Shown in pieces: positions 6,459 through 10,191 of a DNA stretch of 10,191 nucleotides (position 1 is its first letter; the number at the start of each line of letters is the position of its first letter). The notes beneath the pieces were generated by a model. The model was not told the DNA's origin, did not search any database, and was given only the letters and a program-made list of their open reading frames with translations. The stretch comes from an uncultured Eubacteriales bacterium (lineage in GTDB: Bacteria; Acidobacteriota; Aminicenantia; Aminicenantales; Aminicenantaceae): assembly GCA_964346585.1 (NCBI GenBank), contig CAYFVQ010000283.1, positions 1 through 10,191 of the forward strand, read 5' to 3'. Position numbers and translations under genes: made by a program.

Positions 6459-9058
6459 AAGACGATTCAACAAGACCCCCAAAAATCCCCGAGTGGCTGC
6501 TGACGAAACTGTCCTACTGGATCGAAAGACATTCTCTTATCGACGATCTGGAAGAAGAATATCACATCAATCTGTCAAAGCGAAGCCGCACCTATGCACG
6601 GCTCTGGTATTGGAGCCAGATCTTTCGAGCCATCCCCACAATCGTGTCTTACTCAATATACAGGAATGCTGTCATGATCAAGAATTACGCACTCATTGCC
6701 CTGAGAAATATCCGGAAACAAAAAGTTTTCTCATTCATAAATATCACTGGTTTAGCCATAAGCCTTTCCCTCTGTCTTTTTGTGGTCAAGTTGACTTTCA
6801 CCTTGTACAGCAGCGATCGGTTCCATGAGAAGAAAGACCGAATCTACAGGGTTATCTCTCAGACTACAAGCGAAAATGATGTCATCGATCTGGCGACTGC
6901 GCCTCTGCCTCTTGTGTATGAACTGGAGCAGATCCCGGAGATCGAAACGGTTGTCCGGATAAAGAAGAACTTCGGAGGGGCTGCGGCAGCCATGAAAAAG
7001 GTACTGATGGTCCAGGGACTCTATGCAGACAGGGACTTTTTTCATGTATTCAGTTATGAACTGGAAGCGGGAGACCCGAAGACCGCGCTTGCCGAACCTT
7101 ATTCTCTTGTGGTCACCAAAGAACTTGCGCAGAAGTTTTTCGGCACCGGAAACTCCGTCGGAGAAATTCTGAGCATCCAGGACTTGGGAGATTTTAAGAT
7201 TACCGGAGTGATGAAAGATACATCAAAGCTCAATTCTCACATGAGATTCGAATGTCTGGCCTCTCTTTCGACATTGAATTCACTCGAGAAACAGAAAAAA
7301 ATCCTCGCCTCACTGGAAAACTGGAAAAATTTAAATGATAACTATGTCTATTTTCTGCTCCACGAGAATGCTTCTCTAAACAGGATAGAAGAGCTGTTTC
7401 CAGCCATCGTGAAAAAACATTACTCCGACACGAAAACAGAATATATTTACAGCTTGCAGGCTCTGACCAAAATTTCGCCGGGAAAGAACCTGGGGAATTT
7501 CCTGTCAACGCCGGCTGTGAGCCCTCAACTCCCCTTGCTGTTATCCAGTATTGCCCTCCTGATCATGATCATAGCCTGTTTTAATTACACCAACCTGTCC
7601 TTAGCCAAGGCTCTTTCGCGGGCCAAAGAAGTAGGTATCCGGAAAGCCATGGGAGCCAACCGCTTCAAGCTCATCACTCAATTCATCGGCGAAGCGGTCA
7701 CCTACGCCCTGATTGCGTTTGTCCTCGCACTCATCCTGTTAAAACTTGTTATTCCTGTTTTTGTCAGTCAAATGCCATTGTACACTGGAATGGAAAGCCA
7801 GAGCCTGGGTGTGACACTCTTCTTCATCCTGTTTACCGTATTCACCGGCATCCTTGCCGGAATCATCCCAGCACTCTATATATCAAAATTCAATCCGGCT
7901 GAAGTCCTGAGAGATATCACCAAAGCGAAGGTTTTCTCTCGAATTAACTTGCGCAGGGCTCTTGTGGTCTTCCAGTTCTTTATTTCTTTTGTCTTCATCA
8001 TCACCACCATTGTTTTATACAAACAAATCCGCGTTGAAAAAAACATCGATACGGGATTCAATGCGGAAAACATCATGAATGTTGAACTCCAGAACACCAA
8101 CTATGAAACGTTCAAGCAGGAAATGTCCACTCATCCGGCTGTATCCAGGGTTTCAGCCTCCGCATTTATTCCCTGTACAGGCACAAGATGGGGGACTAGA
8201 GCCAAAACCCCAGATGTTTCTGAATTCCTTGATGTCGACTTCATCTCGATAGACAATGATTTTATTGAAAATCTCGAATTGGAGCTTGTGGCTGGGCAGA
8301 ATTTTCCTGAAATGACCCATCCTGAGAATGAAAGGTTTGTCATCCTCAACGAGATGGCCGTCGAACGATTCGGATTCGAGTCACACCTTGGCGCCATCGG
8401 CCAAATCATTACATTCAGGAAGAACAAACATCTCGAAGTAATCGGTGTGGTCAAAAATTTTCTTTCTTCAAGCGTATCCGATCCGGTTCATCCTCTGGTT
8501 TTAAGAGTAGTTCCCGAGTATTTCGAGTACGCCAACCTGAAGATAAGAACGGATGATGTGGAATCAACCCTTCTCTTTCTCGAAACAAAGTGGAAGGAAT
8601 TGGAGCCTTTCCGCCCTTTCAGATACAGCTTTTTTGAAGATCAGCTTGAAGATTATTTTGCAGAAGTCGAGAATGTGCTACGAGGCGTCTATTTTATTGC
8701 CTTTTTGACCATCCTGATCGCCTTTTTTGGACTCCTGGGTATGGTCATCTATGATACGGAAGCGAGAGTAAAGGAAATCGGTATTCGAAAAGTCATGGGA
8801 GCGTCTGTGATTGATATCATTCTGGTCACTTCAAAGAGCTTTGTTTTCCTGCTGCTGCTGGCAGCGGCTCTGGCCATTCCTGCTGCCTGGTTGATCAACA
8901 ACATGCTCTTGCAGGACATTACCAATCGTATCGAATTGGGATTCGGAATTTTCGCCTTTGGATTACTCATGATGTTCGCCTTAGGTTTTATCACCATATT
9001 TTCCCAGACAATCAAGGCCGCATTCGGAAATCCTGTGGATTCTTTAAGGTATGAGTAG
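6455..9058 (+). CDS. Orphan ABC-type permease with duplicated FtsX domains and two MacB-like periplasmic core regions, plus the N-terminal prefix region typical of PadR-associated permeases (ADOP-like, MacB/LolCE superfamily). There is no ATPase gene in the window.
   Basis: 867 aa starting from the ATG at 6455, which has the strong RBS AAGGGGGAGG at 6441-6450 and overlaps the PadR stop by ATGA. The 6410 start in the ORF track lies inside padR. A first TM helix (ALIALRNIRKQKVFSFINITGLAISLSLCLFVV) is followed by a large extracytoplasmic domain and then an FtsX 3-TM bundle (LLSSIALLIMIIACFNYTNLSLAKALSRAKEVGIRKAMGANRFKLITQFIGEAVTYALIAFVLALILL...). That whole arrangement is repeated once: ALVVFQFFISFVFIITTIV, a second extracytoplasmic domain, then FLTILIAFFGLLGMVIYDTEARVKEIGIRKVMGASVIDIILVTSKSFVFLLLLAAALAIPAAWL. 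Stop is TAG. Confidence 0.85.
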   Translation: MKDDSTRPPKIPEWLLTKLSYWIERHSLIDDLEEEYHINLSKRSRTYARLWYWSQIFRAIPTIVSYSIYRNAVMIKNYALIALRNIRKQKVFSFINITGLAISLSLCLFVVKLTFTLYSSDRFHEKKDRIYRVISQTTSENDVIDLATAPLPLVYELEQIPEIETVVRIKKNFGGAAAAMKKVLMVQGLYADRDFFHVFSYELEAGDPKTALAEPYSLVVTKELAQKFFGTGNSVGEILSIQDLGDFKITGVMKDTSKLNSHMRFECLASLSTLNSLEKQKKILASLENWKNLNDNYVYFLLHENASLNRIEELFPAIVKKHYSDTKTEYIYSLQALTKISPGKNLGNFLSTPAVSPQLPLLLSSIALLIMIIACFNYTNLSLAKALSRAKEVGIRKAMGANRFKLITQFIGEAVTYALIAFVLALILLKLVIPVFVSQMPLYTGMESQSLGVTLFFILFTVFTGILAGIIPALYISKFNPAEVLRDITKAKVFSRINLRRALVVFQFFISFVFIITTIVLYKQIRVEKNIDTGFNAENIMNVELQNTNYETFKQEMSTHPAVSRVSASAFIPCTGTRWGTRAKTPDVSEFLDVDFISIDNDFIENLELELVAGQNFPEMTHPENERFVILNEMAVERFGFESHLGAIGQIITFRKNKHLEVIGVVKNFLSSSVSDPVHPLVLRVVPEYFEYANLKIRTDDVESTLLFLETKWKELEPFRPFRYSFFEDQLEDYFAEVENVLRGVYFIAFLTILIAFFGLLGMVIYDTEARVKEIGIRKVMGASVIDIILVTSKSFVFLLLLAAALAIPAAWLINNMLLQDITNRIELGFGIFAFGLLMMFALGFITIFSQTIKAAFGNPVDSLRYE

Positions 9059-9067
9059 GCTTTGAAT

Positions 9068-9445
9068 CTAGAGAAGTCCAGCAATCGTTTTAAATTCCTT
9101 TTTCAGCGGAAACTCTTTGGCAAAAGCTTCTTCGAGCAACTTCACTGCCGGCTGATCCAATCTATCTCGATTCCTTCTCAAGTATTTTTTGACAGCTTTG
9201 ACGACCTTCTTCATAGTCCGGTCATCTGGAATCGAGGTCTTCCTGGACGCACAGAGGACTCCGGTGATATAGCCTAAGGCATAATCTCTATCCTCTTTGT
9301 CACTCGAGCTTATTTTCTCCAAGAGTTCCTTCCCGCTCAGAGGCTTCCCTGCTTCGGCGCAAAAAATCCCATGAATAAAACAAAATAGGATGGCAAACAT
9401 AACAACTTTTTTTTGGGGGGCTATGCCCTTTAATAAATTTATCAT
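9068..9445 (-). CDS. Small hypothetical protein of 125 aa, about 95 aa mature, predicted to be Sec-exported. Function unknown.
   Basis: ATG at 9443-9445 preceded by GGGAG 8 nt upstream. Signal-peptide-like N-terminus MINLLKGIAPQKKVVMFAILFCFIHGIFCAEA-GKPL. The mature part is charged and helical-looking (EKISSSDKEDRDYALGYITGVLCASRK...KKVVKAVKKYLRRNRDRL). It is convergent with the permease gene and only 9 bp from it. Confidence 0.55.
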   Translation of the reverse strand: MINLLKGIAPQKKVVMFAILFCFIHGIFCAEAGKPLSGKELLEKISSSDKEDRDYALGYITGVLCASRKTSIPDDRTMKKVVKAVKKYLRRNRDRLDQPAVKLLEEAFAKEFPLKKEFKTIAGLL

Positions 9446-9983
9446 TGTGAACTCCCTTTAATTCATATACACATATCCCAAAAAATTATTCCCATTATTT
9501 CTGAGTTTTTTGACATTTTGTATTCTAGGAGTCGAGGTGGCCAAAGACTCGAGGCACAGCTCTTAGAAATGTAGTGAAGGTAGAGGAATAATAGATTTGA
9601 CGAGAGACCATGATTTTTGTCTGTTAAAAACACGATGAGAAAACTCAACCTATGGCAAATTATATTGATTTTTACCAAATCTATATGATATATAATTTAT
9701 ATAATAAAAATAAAAAGAATAAATATAATGTAAATTTCTAGGACTACTTTTTTGCAGGGCACACATATTCTTCAAGGATTTTCATATTTTGCTTTTTTCA
9801 AAAATTCACATGCCCCTGCAAATTTTCCCACAAATAAAAAAACGACCAAAAAATATCCCTCTTACTCAGAACTTGAGGAGAATATTTATCTTATACTGAG
9901 AACAGGATATCTAAACTCCACATACAAGAACTGTCATCTTTGTCCCCTAGATCACCGAGCTGACAAAACGAAAGGTGACAACG

Positions 9984-10026
9984 TAGTGGCCGGGCCACTG
10001 ATAAAGTTAAAGCCTCCAGTGGTTTT
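9984..10026 (+). terminator. Terminator-like alternative hairpins oriented for the plus strand. AGTGGCCgGGCCACT is a 7-1-7 palindrome. Its right arm GGCCACTG can instead pair with CAGTGG 17 nt downstream, and that is followed by TTTT.
   Basis: Read directly. The second stem (CCACTG...CAGTGG) is followed at once by TTTTGCTC. No plus-strand protein gene lies upstream, so whatever would be terminated is unknown. Confidence 0.3.
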
Positions 10027-10191
10027 GCTCATTCTGGCAAAGAAATTACAAAGATGGAGTGGAAATTTCTGTTGGTAGATTGGCCAAACAATGAGAAATT
10101 TTTTTTATAAATTAGAATTTCAAACAGTTTCAATTGAATGAGTTGTGTCCCTAGCATTAGAAATTTAAATTATTTATTTACTATGTGAGGA

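Noticed and set aside
3037-9084. Other short ORFs in the track: 3037-3276, 3448-3645, 3952-4248, 4083-4334, 4932-5168, 5474-5731, 6493-6828, 6752-7045, 7230-7508, 7876-8100, 8131-8454, 8749-9084.
   Set aside because: All are embedded in, or antisense to, the TldD/TldE-like and permease genes. Their translations are Arg/Ser/Cys-rich or low-complexity and they lack an RBS.
9463-9678. A 71-aa minus-strand ORF upstream of the small secreted-protein gene.
   Set aside because: It sits in an AT-rich promoter-like region, has no RBS and gives a hydrophobic low-complexity translation typical of AT-rich noise.
9522-9744. The 8-9 bp direct repeat TTCTAGGA(G/C) at 9522-9530 and 9736-9744, flanking about 205 bp, considered as possible target-site duplications of a miniature inverted-repeat transposable element (MITE).
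   Set aside because: There are no terminal inverted repeats inside the flanked segment. A single 8-mer coincidence in 10 kb is not significant.
9752-10078. A 108-aa plus-strand ORF in the AT-rich tail.
   Set aside because: It starts at TTG with no Shine-Dalgarno sequence and translates to a low-complexity, implausible protein. It is probably noncoding.
1-10191. A search for CRISPR arrays, rRNA, tRNA, IS or transposase genes, and integrase or recombinase genes.
   Set aside because: There are no regularly spaced repeats with spacers, no conserved rRNA or tRNA structure, and no transposase or integrase-like ORF. None is called.

Overview
Gene-dense bacterial window, roughly 45-50% GC over most of its length and dropping toward the end, with Shine-Dalgarno sites in front of nearly every gene. 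There are three functional blocks plus an AT-rich noncoding tail. (1) A minus-strand operon: a short YtrA-type GntR regulator, then 14 bp later an SPFH/band-7 (stomatin-like) protein with an unusually long polytopic N-terminal membrane region, then after a 219-bp gap a small membrane protein that runs off the 5' edge. (2) A minus-strand, translationally coupled (ATGA overlap) pair of TldD/PmbA-family metalloprotease paralogs. Both carry N-terminal Sec-type signal peptides. The upstream one keeps the HExxxH motif (TldD-like). The downstream one lacks it (TldE/PmbA-like) and is interrupted by a single in-frame TAA, with no frameshift and a reading frame that continues across it. (3) Divergent from the TldD promoter region: a PadR-family regulator that overlaps by ATGA an 867-aa duplicated-FtsX/MacB-like orphan permease (ADOP-type) with no ATPase gene in the window. 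The shared intergenic region carries a sigma70-like promoter overlapped by two copies of a perfect 7-1-7 palindrome, a likely PadR operator. A small Sec-secreted protein converges on the permease with only a 9-bp gap. The last ~750 bp are AT-rich, non-coding and contain terminator-like alternative hairpins. I found no CRISPR array, rRNA, tRNA or recognisable mobile element. The most interesting items are the TAA-interrupted exported TldE-like gene, the exported TldD/E pair sharing a PadR-controlled divergent region with the orphan permease, and two repeat/hairpin-rich noncoding regions (2236-2339 and 9446-10191). All family assignments come from reading motifs in the translations by eye; no database search was possible.
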